DNA of 64,000 nucleotides from Octopus vulgaris (taxonomy: Eukaryota), in assembly GCA_951406725.2 (NCBI GenBank), contig OX597820.1, positions 127,968,001 through 128,032,000 on the forward strand, given 5' to 3'. Both the position numbers and the translations under genes were made by a program. Of the stretch, positions 14,441-27,258 are shown piece by piece. The stretch's first letter is position 1; every line of letters begins with the position of its first letter. The notes under the pieces are model-generated. The model was not told the origin of the DNA. It did no database searches and saw nothing but the letters and a program-made list of their open reading frames with translations.

Positions 14441-15887
14441 GTTGAGTGTATGGTAATGTTATATTGCTGTTCTTTCCTGCTTTCATTCTTCTGAAATTAA
14501 AATGCAGTCGTCTGCAAAATCATTCAGTTCTCGATTGCCCTTAGTTTATTCTAGGATTGTAAAATAATAAAGCATTCCCTAATTCCATATGATAGCCAAT
14601 TTTCTTAAAATACTTTACTATATCTCGTTTTGGGTCTAATTTTCGGGAAGTAAAGAGTATGTCAAGCCAACCCGATCTACAATCAAGCTAAAGACTTTTG
14701 AAAAATAACCACTGAGAATGGCAAATCTTAGCCCTCTTAAGTGAGGCATTCTATATTTTTGTGTGGGTATATGCGAGAAAATATAAGAAGAGAATGTATG
14801 AGGTGAGAGAAGGAGAGAATGCATGTGTGTGAGAGAAAAAGAAAGAGAGCGAGGAAACAGATAGAGAAAGAGAAATGAGAAACAGAAAGAAAAGAGATAA
14901 AGAGAAATAGTGAGTTAGAGAGAGTGAGAGTCTATAGTCTCGTTTGATTACTCTTCCTGGTAACTTACTGACTTAGGTGACTCTACCAGGAGACGAATCA
15001 CTCGCCGATATTACTTTCAGAATCTGTGAAAAACACGCAAACGAATTCATTCAGGTTAAGATCGACTGTAAACACAGACACACGCGGGAGACGCTGGTTC
15101 TTTCAGTTAAGGTAGGTTACAAACTCTTCTTCCAATATCACCGCTTCTCCTACTTTTTCTTCCTCTCTCTCTCACGTTGTCCATAAAGTTATTACTCCCG
15201 TTTCTATTGTATTACAATTAACGTTATTGCTTTTGTACATTTTTCTTTTTCTGATACAGTTAGCGTTGCTGACATTACTGCGATCTTTTCGGTTATTCAT
15301 ACGTTATAGTTGCTATCATTATTTCATGTTGTTATTAAGTACTGTTTAGCCTCAGGTCAGTCGTGATCGAACAAATATCTATGATCAAAGACGTTCTAGC
15401 TATGAACATCCTGTCAGTTTTTTCTTTCTTTCTTTTCAAGCACATTATCCAATAACACCAGTTTTTCTTTTGTTTGTCTTTTTTTAAGACAACGAGATGT
15501 ATCATAACGGTGATGTAGCTTCTATTTCTAGCATATCGAGCAGCCACATAGAAATCTCTCTCGTTTGCTCGCATCATTATTATATTAATGAAACCGGTGG
15601 TTCAACAGTACTTGGTCGGATCGTTTTACGTTCAAATCCTGCTGGGGTGGCTCTTTATTTTTCATTCTTCTGGGGATTACAAAATAATTACCCGTCAAAT
15701 CTCTGGTTTTGAGCCTTTGTTAGAATTTTTTCTTATATTTTTAAGGGTGACGAATTAATGGAATCAGTATAGTGGGACAAACTAATAAATATCTCACCCT
15801 TCTTGAGGTAAATAAAGTATCAGTTAAATACTGGGGTCGATACAATAAAGTACCGCCGAAATACCATCATCAATTTCATCGACTGTT

Positions 15888-16490
15888 TTCTTCTTCTCTT
15901 TCTTCTTCTTCTTCTTCTTCTTCTTCTTTTTCTTCTTCTTCTTCTTCTTCTTCTTCTTCTTCTTCTTCTTCTTCTTCTTCTTCTTCTTCTTCTTCTTCTT
16001 CTTCTTCTTCTTCTCCTTCTTAATCTTCTTCATCTTCGTTTTCTCTTCTTTTTATTCTTATTTTCCTTCTCTTTATTCTTTTGTTTGTTTTTGTTTAGGT
16101 GTTTTTGTTCTACTTCCTTCTTCTTCATCGCCACCACCATCATCATCATCACCACAACAACCACCATCAACACCACCACTACCATCATCATCATCGCCTC
16201 CACCACCACCACCACCACCACCACCACCACCACCACCACCACCACCACCACCGCCGTCATCTTTTTCCCACTACTGCTACTGCTGCGACTTCTACTGCTG
16301 CTGTCGCTGTCATTATTATTGTTGATTTTATCCGAGAGAGTCGCAGTTCACGTTGTTGTTGCTGTTGTTGTTGTTGTTGTTATTACTGTTACAGCGATCG
16401 TCATATAATATATTTATTTGTTTACTTGCTGCTGCTGCTGATGATGATGATGATGCTGCTGCTGTTGTTGTTGTTGTTGTTGTTGTTGTT
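15888..16490. repeat. (CTT)n, (CAC)n, (GTT)n and (GCT)n trinucleotide cluster
   Basis: Direct reading. Confidence 0.95.
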
Positions 16491-17088
16491 ACACCTGTAC
16501 CGATTGATGCTTTTTTTATATTTTCTCATTTTTTTTCTTTTTTAATTTCGTGCTCGACAACAAATGCCGCTGGTGACAATAATAACGATGAGGGAGATGA
16601 AAGCGATGGCGGTGACGGTGATGAATACATGCGATAATAAGGCAAGATGTTGACATTGTCGCTATTGATGTGGCTGTGAACGACGACAAAAGGAAAGAAA
16701 GCGAAGAATAAGAATGAGGCAGGGTAGAATGGGAATAGAAGGAAGGAGGAAAGAAGGGTAAGAAGGAAGGAAAACAATACTGAACACTTGTAGTCACTAT
16801 AACTGTTGTTGTTGTTGTTGTTGTTGCTGTTGTTGTTCTTGATAAATCGCTTTCGTGTATTATTTAAGCAGTTCTTCGAGTTACGGATGTTGTGATTAGT
16901 TCTGAAGACGAAGAAAGGCAGAGTCTGCGATACACATTCCATGGGATTCTTAGTGGAAATTAATGTGTGTATGTATACATGTATGCGTATACACACGCAC
17001 GCACATACATACGCACACACACACACACAAATATATATATTTATATGTATGTATGTATGCATGTATGAATGTGTGTTTATGTGTATGC

Positions 17089-17476
<388 letters not shown>

Positions 17477-17681
17477 ACAATGCAGCACGGACTTTGTCAG
17501 TGAACAGGTCGCGGATTTTAGCGACGAAAATATTTTGACAAATTAAACTTAAATGTTGGAGTGAATCGAACGGCTTTTGTGTGTTTCTTAAATGGCTTAT
17601 AAACACCTCCCACGCTGCAATTGTTTTCGTTTCAGCACACGATCTCAGATCAAATTACTTGCTATGCGAGTACATCCCCGT

Positions 17682-18137
<456 letters not shown>

Positions 18138-18582
18138 GTTATATGTACATATATAATCCAAATAATGAGAGAAAGAAATTCTTTAATACATCTTTAATGA
18201 TTCGTTACAATTGCTTCTGTACCAACTCTGTTTGCAACGCGAGTTTACGCAAAATTCGAAGTGAAAATTTACGTACGTTTGCGCTTTGTGTGTGTGTGTG
18301 TGTGTGTGTGTTGCTTAATGGTGAACTAATAAGAAAGGGGTGCTCAGTACATGTTGTAGAGTATACGTTTTGTTTTGTTCTGTTTTCTTTTTTTAATTGC
18401 AAATGTGTCTGCCGACTCGAGAAGTAACTGGTACTGTCAACGAAAAAAATCCCAAAGAAGCAGGCTACCCGTGTATATCAACGGATATTTATACACCATC
18501 AATACTGAAACGTGACAATTTCGCCTGAAGATCGCGATAGCATGAAATTCGAGTGGCGGGAAGAGCCGTTAGCCTCATGTTT

Positions 18583-18619
<37 letters not shown>

Positions 18620-18846
18620 ATTGTGTGTGTGTGTGTGTGTGTGTGTATTTGCGTGCTTATGTGTGCGCGTCTATCTTTTATCTTTCAGTCATTAGACGTC
18701 GGCTGGGGCACTGCCTTGAATGATTTTAGTCAAACGAATCAAACCCTGAACTATTTTGTCTTTAAAGACGTGTACTTATTCCATTAGTCTCTTTTGCTAA
18801 ACCGCTAAGTTACGGGGACTTATACACACAGACATATATATGTATA

Positions 18847-18925
<79 letters not shown>

Positions 18926-19033
18926 GCAGACGCACTCATCTACATTATATAAATTTGTAGTGTAATGTATGGATTCATAAAATCGTGTGGCTTTCACAGA
19001 AAGCTCCTATAATGGAGTCGGCTGACAAACCAT

Positions 19034-19580
19034 ACTAGCTTAAAAGTCGCCCTGCCGGGCAGGTTTTATGCTGGTGTTTTAGTATTTAGCTTTTAAGCAA
19101 CTGACCCCGAGTGGGAAGATCTGCAAACTGATCTCAGACTTGTTTGGGAGAAAATCGTGCAATTGCTTCCCCCAGAGTCATATCCCAATCATGAGCATAT
19201 TCGTCGCAAAAAAAAAAAATTGTGTAAAAAAATCGCCGCAAACAATCATAGTAATGAAAACATAGGAACCCAAAATTTCAGGATTGCAGGTTCGGATTCG
19301 GCTCGGAATGTTTGTAATTTACTCACAGATTTGGCTTTTAGATTATAAAAATTGTTCTCCTACAAAATAATTTGTCGCAAAAAAACAATCACAGTAATGA
19401 AAACTTGGGAACCAAAGATTTCAGGATAGTGGGTCCGGATTCGGCCCTGAATGTTTTTAATTTACTCACTGAATCAGCCAGGTTCCAAGATGGTATGATA
19501 TGTTGGGCTACGACCTCTAGGGGTAATGTTGAAAAAGTATGACACACTGACACAGTAACATTCACATTTATTATATGTTA
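19034..19580 (-). mobile_element. Probable non-autonomous Helitron with an internal ~170-bp tandem duplication
   Basis: On the minus strand a GC-rich hairpin (plus cctgccgggcagg, 19051-19063) lies ~12 nt before CTAG|T (19034-19038). Internal repeat at ~19200-19330 and ~19370-19470. The 5' TC terminus is not clearly seen. Confidence 0.5.
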
Positions 19581-19596
19581 TTTCATAGTATATTTA

Positions 19597-20290
19597 GGTG
19601 GCGAGTTGGCAGAATGGTTAGCACGCCGGGCGAAATGCTTAACGGTATTTCATACGCTGTTAGGTTTCGAGTTCGAATTCCGCCGAAGTCGACTTTGCCT
19701 TTCATCCTTCGACCTCGATTAAATTAGTACCAGTTACGTACTGGGGTTGATGTAATCGAGTTAATCCCGTCCCCCAAAATATGAAGCCTTGTGCTTCCAA
19801 TAGAAAGAATTTATTAAAGTTGAAAAAGTGATCTTTTCTACTCTTGGCACGAGGCCCCAAATTTTGAGGGAAGGGGCCAGTCGATTAGATCGACCTCAGT
19901 ACGCAACTGACACTTAATTTATCGACCTCGAAAGGATGAAAGGTAAAGTCGACTTCGGTGTAATTTGAAATCAGAACGTGAAGACAGACGAAATAATACC
20001 GCTAAGCATTTCGCCCGGCGTGCTCACGTGTCTGCCAGCCCCTCGCCGCCTTAGTGTAACACACTGACATTCACTTAAGGCTGCGAGGCTGGCAAAAACG
20101 TCAGCACGTCGGGCGAAATGTGTGGCGGTACTTTGACTGTCTTTACGTTCTGAGTTCACATTACGCTGCAGTCGAATTTGCATTTCATCCTCTTGGGATC
20201 GATAAATTAAGTACCAGTTGCGTAGAGGTCAATCTAATCGAATGGCCCCCTCCCCCAAAATTTCGGGCCTTTGCCTAGAGTAGAAAAGAT
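19597..20290. mobile_element. Three adjacent SINE family A copies in +/-/+ orientation
   Basis: Copies at 19597-19810(+), 19830-20050(-) and 20079-20290(+). Confidence 0.9.
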
Positions 20291-20339
20291 TATATTAGAT
20301 ATATTTAATTTTGGCAAAACTTAATTTCAGCTAAAGTGT

Positions 20340-20404
<65 letters not shown>

Positions 20405-20453
20405 ATATAATATAATATAATATAATATAATATAATATAATATCAATAATATA

Positions 20454-21744
20454 CGAGGGGCGTTCAATAAGTAATGCCCCTGACCCACTTCTCATACCAG
20501 TAGAGCAACGAAACTTGGCACAGTTATTAGTCTTTTTCTACCTAGGAACCACCCAGAGTTATGCATTTCTCCCATCGTTTGATGCAGCTCTGAAGACCGT
20601 TTTTGTAGAAGACCCCAGCTTGGTCCTCCAACCACGACGTGACTTCAGAAATCAAGGCTGCAACATCTGGAAAACGCTTTCCTTTCAAAAACAACTTCAT
20701 GGCTGGGAAGAGGTGAAAATCAGAGGGTGCAAGGGCAGGAGAGTAGGGGGATGGGAGATGAGTTCATAGCCGCACGCCTGTGCTTCTGATCTGGCGACAC
20801 GCGAGTTGTGAACTGGAGAATTGTCCTGCAAGAGGAGGATGCCTTTGCTGATCTTGCCCCGCCTCTTGATTTTGATAGCTTCTCTTAATTTCCTCAAAAG
20901 TGAAGCATAATAGGCTCCTGTAATTGTGGCACCCTTTGCCAGGAAATCTGTCATCAGTACTCCGTCCTGGTCCCAGAAGACTGTGAGCATGACCTTGCCA
21001 GCAGAGGGCTGCACCCTTGCCTTCTTTGGAGGAGGTGAGTCACGGTGTGTCCACTGCATTGACTGAGCATTGGTCTCTGGATCATAGTGATGGACCCAGA
21101 TTTCATCCTGTGTAATCAGTCTTTTGAAAAATTTTGACTCATCTTCTTGGCACATCTCCAAATTCATCCTCGAGCAATCCTCACGTTCTTGCTTCTGGAA
21201 AGATGTGAGCAACCTGCGAATCCATCTGGCAGGCAGCTTTTGCATATGCAAATGGTCATGAATGATAGTTTCCACAGACCCGGTACTAATCTTGACCTCA
21301 TGGGCTATTTGCCGAATAGTTATGCGTCGATCTTCCAAAATGGCAGCCTCAACATGACGGACAGATGCCTCATCAATGGCAGAAGGGGGTGACCAGATCT
21401 GGGAGCTGTTTCCACAGAGGTCTGACCATGTTTGAATTCACGATGCCAGCGTTTTACAAGGTCACATGATGGGGCATCATCACCATAAGTTACTTTCATT
21501 TCATCAAAAGTCTCCCGTGGTATGCGTCCTTTCAAATACAAAAACCGGATCACTGCTCGACACTCAACAGGCTCCATTTCACACTTGACACATTTCAAAC
21601 ACCTGTAAATCAGAAACCACAATTAGTTCAGAGCTGTAATTTGCCACTTAATCTATAAAGATATAAATAATTGTACATGCAAAATTTCATCTAGATAAAA
21701 TAACTGCAAGTGGGTCAGAAGCATTACTTATTGAACGCCCCTCG
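20454..21744 (-). mobile_element. Near-complete mariner DNA transposon (DD34D, irritans/Hsmar2-like), 1291 bp
   Basis: 37-bp TIRs (CGAGGGGCGTTCAATAAGTAATGC..CTGACCCACTT, 2 mismatches) flanked by TA at 20452-20453 and 21745-21746. Confidence 0.97.
20527..21577 (-). pseudogene. Mariner transposase pseudogene (2 frameshifts, 1 late premature stop)
   Basis: MEPVECRAVIRFL HTH start, ARWIRRLLT, ITQDEIWVHHYDPE, LLQDNSPVH, HPP/YSPALAPSDFHLF and C-terminal GGS*VEKD*. Confidence 0.95.
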
Positions 21745-21829
21745 TATATATTTGCATATATACTTACGTATATGTATATACTTACGTATATGTATATACT
21801 TACATCAATACGTATATAGATATATGCAT

Positions 21830-22430
21830 ATGTGGGCACAGGACGTCATGAAACGTATACAACAAAAAGTACGAAGCACGACTACATGGAACATGAACTA
21901 TTCTTTCGAACAACGACACAAATGGAAAACAAAACGAACAACATAAAGAACGAACCTTCATCAGTTGTACGCTGTTTTTCTAGTCTCATATTTCGAGCAT
22001 TTAACAACAATATACACTTTCGATAAAACAGTTGCTCCCGCAAAGCAAATTAAATAAAACTTGGGATTTTGTGGAGGGTCAAAATAGGTAACACTAACTG
22101 GACAGTGAAAACAAACAGTAAGGGCGAACGCATGAATCAAGCTAGGACAGGAGACAAAGAAGAACACGTCTTCCTTGTTCCAGCTACAACGGAGACAAAG
22201 AAAGATGGCCAATAGTCATGTAGGAGCCACGTGAGCAAGGAGTGAGGGAGAGAGAGTGCCAGAGTAATAGGATAGCATAGGGGGAGAAGAGGAGCTAAAA
22301 GAATAAGAGAGAGAAAAACGAAGAGTAAAAAGATCGTATAGAGTGCGCATCAGAATTATTAAAATATAACTTACTTGGAAGAGGATGTGTTGAGTTCAAT
22401 CATATAATATAAATAATATATGTGTGTGTA
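21830..22430. repeat. Interspersed repeat, possibly Penelope-associated non-coding segment
   Basis: Minus strand carries gctcgaaat..caactgatgaagg; no intact ORF. The family assignment is inference. Confidence 0.3.
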
Positions 22431-22446
22431 TTTATGTATGTATGTA

Positions 22447-22515
<69 letters not shown>

Positions 22516-22519
22516 GTGT

Positions 22520-22725
22520 GACCGCGGGTGTACCATTGGCGATTTTTTTTCCTCTGTCTTCCCTTCTGTGGATCTTTCCTTTTCCTATGTTTCTGACGAA
22601 GAGCTCCGCTCGAAACGTTAAACCCTCTTTCTTCCCTTCCTTCCTGAGCGTTCAATAATACTATATTTGTTCCACGTCCTCGCGTTGTTGTGTTTTCTCT
22701 TTGTGTTTTTATGTTTGGATTAACT
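22520..22725 (+). mobile_element. ~200-bp repeat carrying a minimal hammerhead motif (Penelope pLTR-like)
   Basis: Related repeats at ~29870-30095 and ~56400-56620, all flanked by (TA)n/(TG)n. Confidence 0.65.
22589..22623 (+). ncRNA. Minimal type I hammerhead ribozyme motif
   Basis: GUUU-CUGACGA-A-GAGC-UCC-GCUC-GAAAC-GUU|AAAC: intact core boxes, 4-bp stem II, 4-bp stem I and palindromic ACGU stem III. Confidence 0.7.
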
Positions 22726-22797
<72 letters not shown>

Positions 22798-23559
22798 GTA
22801 TGTATTAAAGAAAGCAAAAAATAAAACAAAAATAATAGTGTTCAGTAGTTGGTAGTTGGTTCAGTATGTTGGCCACAAGAATTTCTGACATAGAGACATG
22901 GTTAAACAAAGTTGTATATCATCTCCCATTCTTTCTCTCTCTTATTATTACTCCCACTACTACCATCAACACTACTACATGTAATAAAACATCATCAACT
23001 CTCCCTATATTTCTTTGTCTCTCTTTCTCTCCCTCACTTTTTCTTTCTCTCTCTCTCTATCTCTCTGTCTTCGCCACCACCTTCACCTATGCCTACTATT
23101 ACTCTCACCCCAGCACAAGGAAGTCTCATTGATATATAACTATGTATTTCTCTCTCTATTCCTCTATCTCCCTCCTGTCTCCCCCCCTCTCTCTCTCTCT
23201 CTCTCTCACTCCCACTCTCTCGCCTCATATATATATACACATACTTTTAAATTCATAAAATTAATTTTATTGGTTCCGAGGAAGCTATGAGATGTCACAC
23301 GAATACTCAGCTCCATGTGCAATGCTTCCTGCTACAGAAACAGCTGTGAGCTAATGAAAGTGGCTGCGTAACTCCTGTTCTTTTATTAGTCAATAATTTA
23401 TATATCTGTGTCTGCGTGTGCGTGTGTTTGTATATATGTATACTTATTTATATTTGTGTGTATGTATATATATACATACATATATATATACATATATGTG
23501 CGTGTGTGTGAATGAGTATGCATGTATGTATATATATATACACACACATTAAATAGACT

Positions 23560-24761
23560 TCATGCTAAACAATAAAAGATTGATTTATTAAAATTTGAAC
23601 AAGAGATTCAGAGGGATGTAGATTTTATAACGGATTTCACAAAGCTTCATGAATGTTCAATAGGCGCCGCACCGCCTGTGACACGACACACGTCAAGTTA
23701 GTCCAGCTCCTGCCAAACACGCTGTAATATGTCTTGCGCAATATTCTCTGCTTGGGTTCCTCTTCGCTCGTAGGAAGAGGGAGATATAGACCAGTCCTTT
23801 CACATAGACCCATAGAAAAAATTACTAGGTGTCAAGTCAGGTAAACGTGCTGGTTATTTCAACTGCACATTATCATTATCACTGGTACGCCCGATTCATC
23901 TCATTCAGAAAGACCGCACAGTCAGCTTCAAGTGAGGTGAAGATCTACCCTGTTGAAAAATGAAGTGCTCATGCTCATCTGCAATGAACTCGTCAAATAA
24001 CCGTTTCTGAAGCATTTGCAGATAAACAACGCCGATCACATTTCCCTCAAAGAAATTCTTGGAGATTGCGCAGAACACATTCACTTCAGTGAGTCCCTCA
24101 TGTGCCCAACCGTAGCATGGGGATTTTCTTTCCCCCAAATGCGAACATTAGGCTTGATGACTTTGCCATTCGTATGGAATGTGGCCTCATCACTGAAAAC
24201 AAACACTTTTCGAACTCCTCATCGTGAAGTTACTCTTGTGTAACAACACAGAATTGCTTGCGCTTTTCCCTGTCATCTGTGTTTAAGGCTTGAACGAGCT
24301 GCAGCTTATAGTATTCCATTCGCATCCTTTATACACGCCAAAGAATCGTACTAGGAATCTGATTTCAATAGATACTCTTCTTACAGACTTTCTGGGGTTT
24401 CGCAGAACTTGATTTACGATATCTTTCGATACTAGTGGTCATCCAGATCTCTTTCTTTTGCACAGACAACCTTCATCTTTCAATGTTTTGTGCTATTTCC
24501 AAATCTGTTTTCCAGTTGGTGCATTTTTATTGAATTTTCTCGAAAATGTACGCTGCACACACACACACACACACATTCTTGTTTGACTGTGTTTGAGCAT
24601 ATTCTAGCACAGAAAATGCCTTTTCATTGCTAGTGAAAGTTATACTTCACTTTGGAGAGGGAAACAAAGAAAAACTTAGTTTTTACATATTTTGTCAAAA
24701 GCTCAGATCATTTGAGCGAGTATTGGCTAAGCTACGAAACATTATCAGTTTTGGGAAACAC

Positions 24762-24765
<4 letters not shown>
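23560..24765 (-). mobile_element. Decayed Tc1/mariner-superfamily transposon (rosa/DD41D-like)
   Basis: Minus-strand motifs VQRTFSRKFNKNAP, YKLQLVQAL, VFSDEATFHTNGKV, VNVFCAIS, FIFQQ and ARLPDLTPSNFFLWVYVKGLVY. One terminus TA|CAGAGTGTTTCCCAAA at 24765; the other TIR was not found. Confidence 0.85.
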
Positions 24766-24835
<70 letters not shown>

Positions 24836-25542
24836 TAAATACATGGAGTTGAACGCAGGTGTTATTCAAATTCTTTTACTTTCGACATATGTTTTGAAGA
24901 CAGCATTGGTTTTATTCCAAAGGAATAAACGGTGTAAAATAATGAAATCTTCTCATCAGGAAAGAAAGAGAAAAAGCAACAACAAATATCTTACAAACTA
25001 TAGAATTTTCTCAATAAAGTCAAGAGAAAAAGATGTTTTATAAACACATTCTACAAATATACGAAGTTTAAAAATGTTTAGTTACGTGGAAATTATGTTA
25101 AAAACTGCTGTTCAAACCGAAAAGATCCAAGTAAAATTGGTGTTTTGAACAAAAAGTTATCCCACAGAAGGGAACATTCACCTGATTCCTAGCCCTTTCT
25201 CTTCTCCATGAAGTAGTTATGACTGCTTCGAAAGTTACACGTGTGTACTAGTTTGCTTACTTTAGTAAAATAAATAAATAAATAATTAAATAAACCAATA
25301 AATAAATAAATTTTAAAAAGGGGTTGCCGATAATAGTGAAGAACCCAAATTTTCCTGCAATTCCACCCTACGTCTTGTAAAGTAGATTGGTTGCATAATG
25401 TGTTCTTTGGTCACCAGCAGATGAGGAAAAAGCGACAGGCGGTTTACGGGTTGGGTGTTTTTTTATGATAAGCCTGCTCAGTATTGAGAAGCCCCTAAGA
25501 AAAAAAACCCACATCATCATCAGCAACAGCAGTAGCAGTGGA

Positions 25543-25910
25543 GGAGGCGTAATGGCCCAAGGGTTAGGGCAGCGGACTCGCGGTCGGAGGATCGCAGTTT
25601 CGATTCCCACACCGGGCGTTGGGTGTGTCTATTGAGCGAAAGTACCTAAAAGCTCCACGAGCCTCCGGCAGAGGGTGGTGGCGACCCCTGTTGTACTCTT
25701 TCTCTTCAACTTTCTCTCACTCTTTCTTCCTGTTTCTTGTCCCCGACTTCCTACGCAACCGCTGAGCCTGGATACGCATTCATCCATCCGTCGACGCTCT
25801 CGATGTCGGGGGTTGACCTGCTCTCTCTTCTGTGGGTCTTACGAATAGCAAAGGACCACGTTTCGGACTTCTCCCATCTTGAGATGCTCTGGGACGAAGA
25901 CCGTTCGCTC
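25543..25910 (+). mobile_element. tRNA-derived SINE family C (tail variant X)
   Basis: Head GGAGGCGTAATGGCCCAAGGGTTAGGGC...GTTTCGATTCCC, a 3' stem-loop and a (CAA/CAG)n tail. Confidence 0.85.
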
Positions 25911-26179
25911 AACAGCAACAGCAACCACAGCAGCAGCAGTAGAAGCAACAATAACAACAACACATTACAATAAAAATAACAGCAACTACAACTACAAAGA
26001 CAAGAATAATGTCTGTAAAACGATGCCAAGATCTACAAATACAACAGCGACAACAATAATGCCTGGAATTGACCAAAGTGGAGGGATTCACCGTAGGAAC
26101 GTCGAGGTGTTGCCTCAGTTCGCATGATGGCTCTTAACAATAGTTTTTGTCGCTTCTATGGCAGCTGCCGCTGTTGTTG

Positions 26180-26193
26180 TTACTACTACTACC

Positions 26194-26234
<41 letters not shown>

Positions 26235-26368
26235 CACCACCACCACCACCACTACTACTACTACTACCACCACCACCACCACCACCACTACTACCACTAC
26301 TACTACTACTACTACCACTACCACCACCACCACTACTACTACTACTACTACCACCACCACCACCACCG
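26180..26368. repeat. (ACT)n/(ACC)n microsatellite
   Basis: Direct reading; it gives the poly-T/V/H/Y ORFs. Confidence 0.95.
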
Positions 26369-26802
26369 CTGTTTCTGTTAACTACTGCTGTTGATGCTGT
26401 GCTTAAACCCGGCAATCGTTGGCGTCGCATCCGCTGTTCTCTTCGTTCCTTCAGTTGTTATTGTAGTTGTTGCTGCTAATGCTTTTCAGCCATCGGCCAG
26501 TTGTGTTCCGGTCAATCGCTTTCGACTACAATCGTGGTAAAAGGTGTTCCAGGTGCGACCATCGCCTCTTTCAGGGTTATTACAACAACCAACGTGCACC
26601 TTCTTTCCGGTTTTATTTTGTTTTTTACTATGGCAAGGAATAATTTGCGTGTGTGTTTTTGTGTCTGCGTGTTTTTGTATCGTCTTTAAAACGTAATGCT
26701 AAATGGATGAGTGCATGTGTGCATATAAGTGTGTGCGGGTACATGTACGTGTGTGTGTGTGTGAATGCATGTGTATATATATATATATATAGATAGATAG
26801 AC

Positions 26803-26859
<57 letters not shown>

Positions 26860-26939
26860 TAAATATATACACACACATACACACACATATATACATATAT
26901 GTATGGATGTATATATATATATATACACATACACACACG

Positions 26940-27007
<68 letters not shown>

Positions 27008-27201
27008 CATATGCGCACGCACGTGAAGGCTTAGTCGTAAGGTACTCGGCTTGCGATCGTAGGGTCGCAAGTTCTATTCCCGGCGGCGCGTTGTGTCCTT
27101 GAGCAAGATACTTTATGTAACAGTGCTCCAATGAACTCGGCCAGCACAAATGAATAGTACCCGTATTTCAAAGGGCCAGCTTTGTCACACTCTGTGTCAC
27201 G

Positions 27202-27258
<57 letters not shown>

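Noticed and set aside
25737-26127. Protein-like ORFs 25737..25973 and 25751..26029
   Set aside because: They overlap a SINE tail and (CAA/CAG)n repeats and show no recognisable domain.
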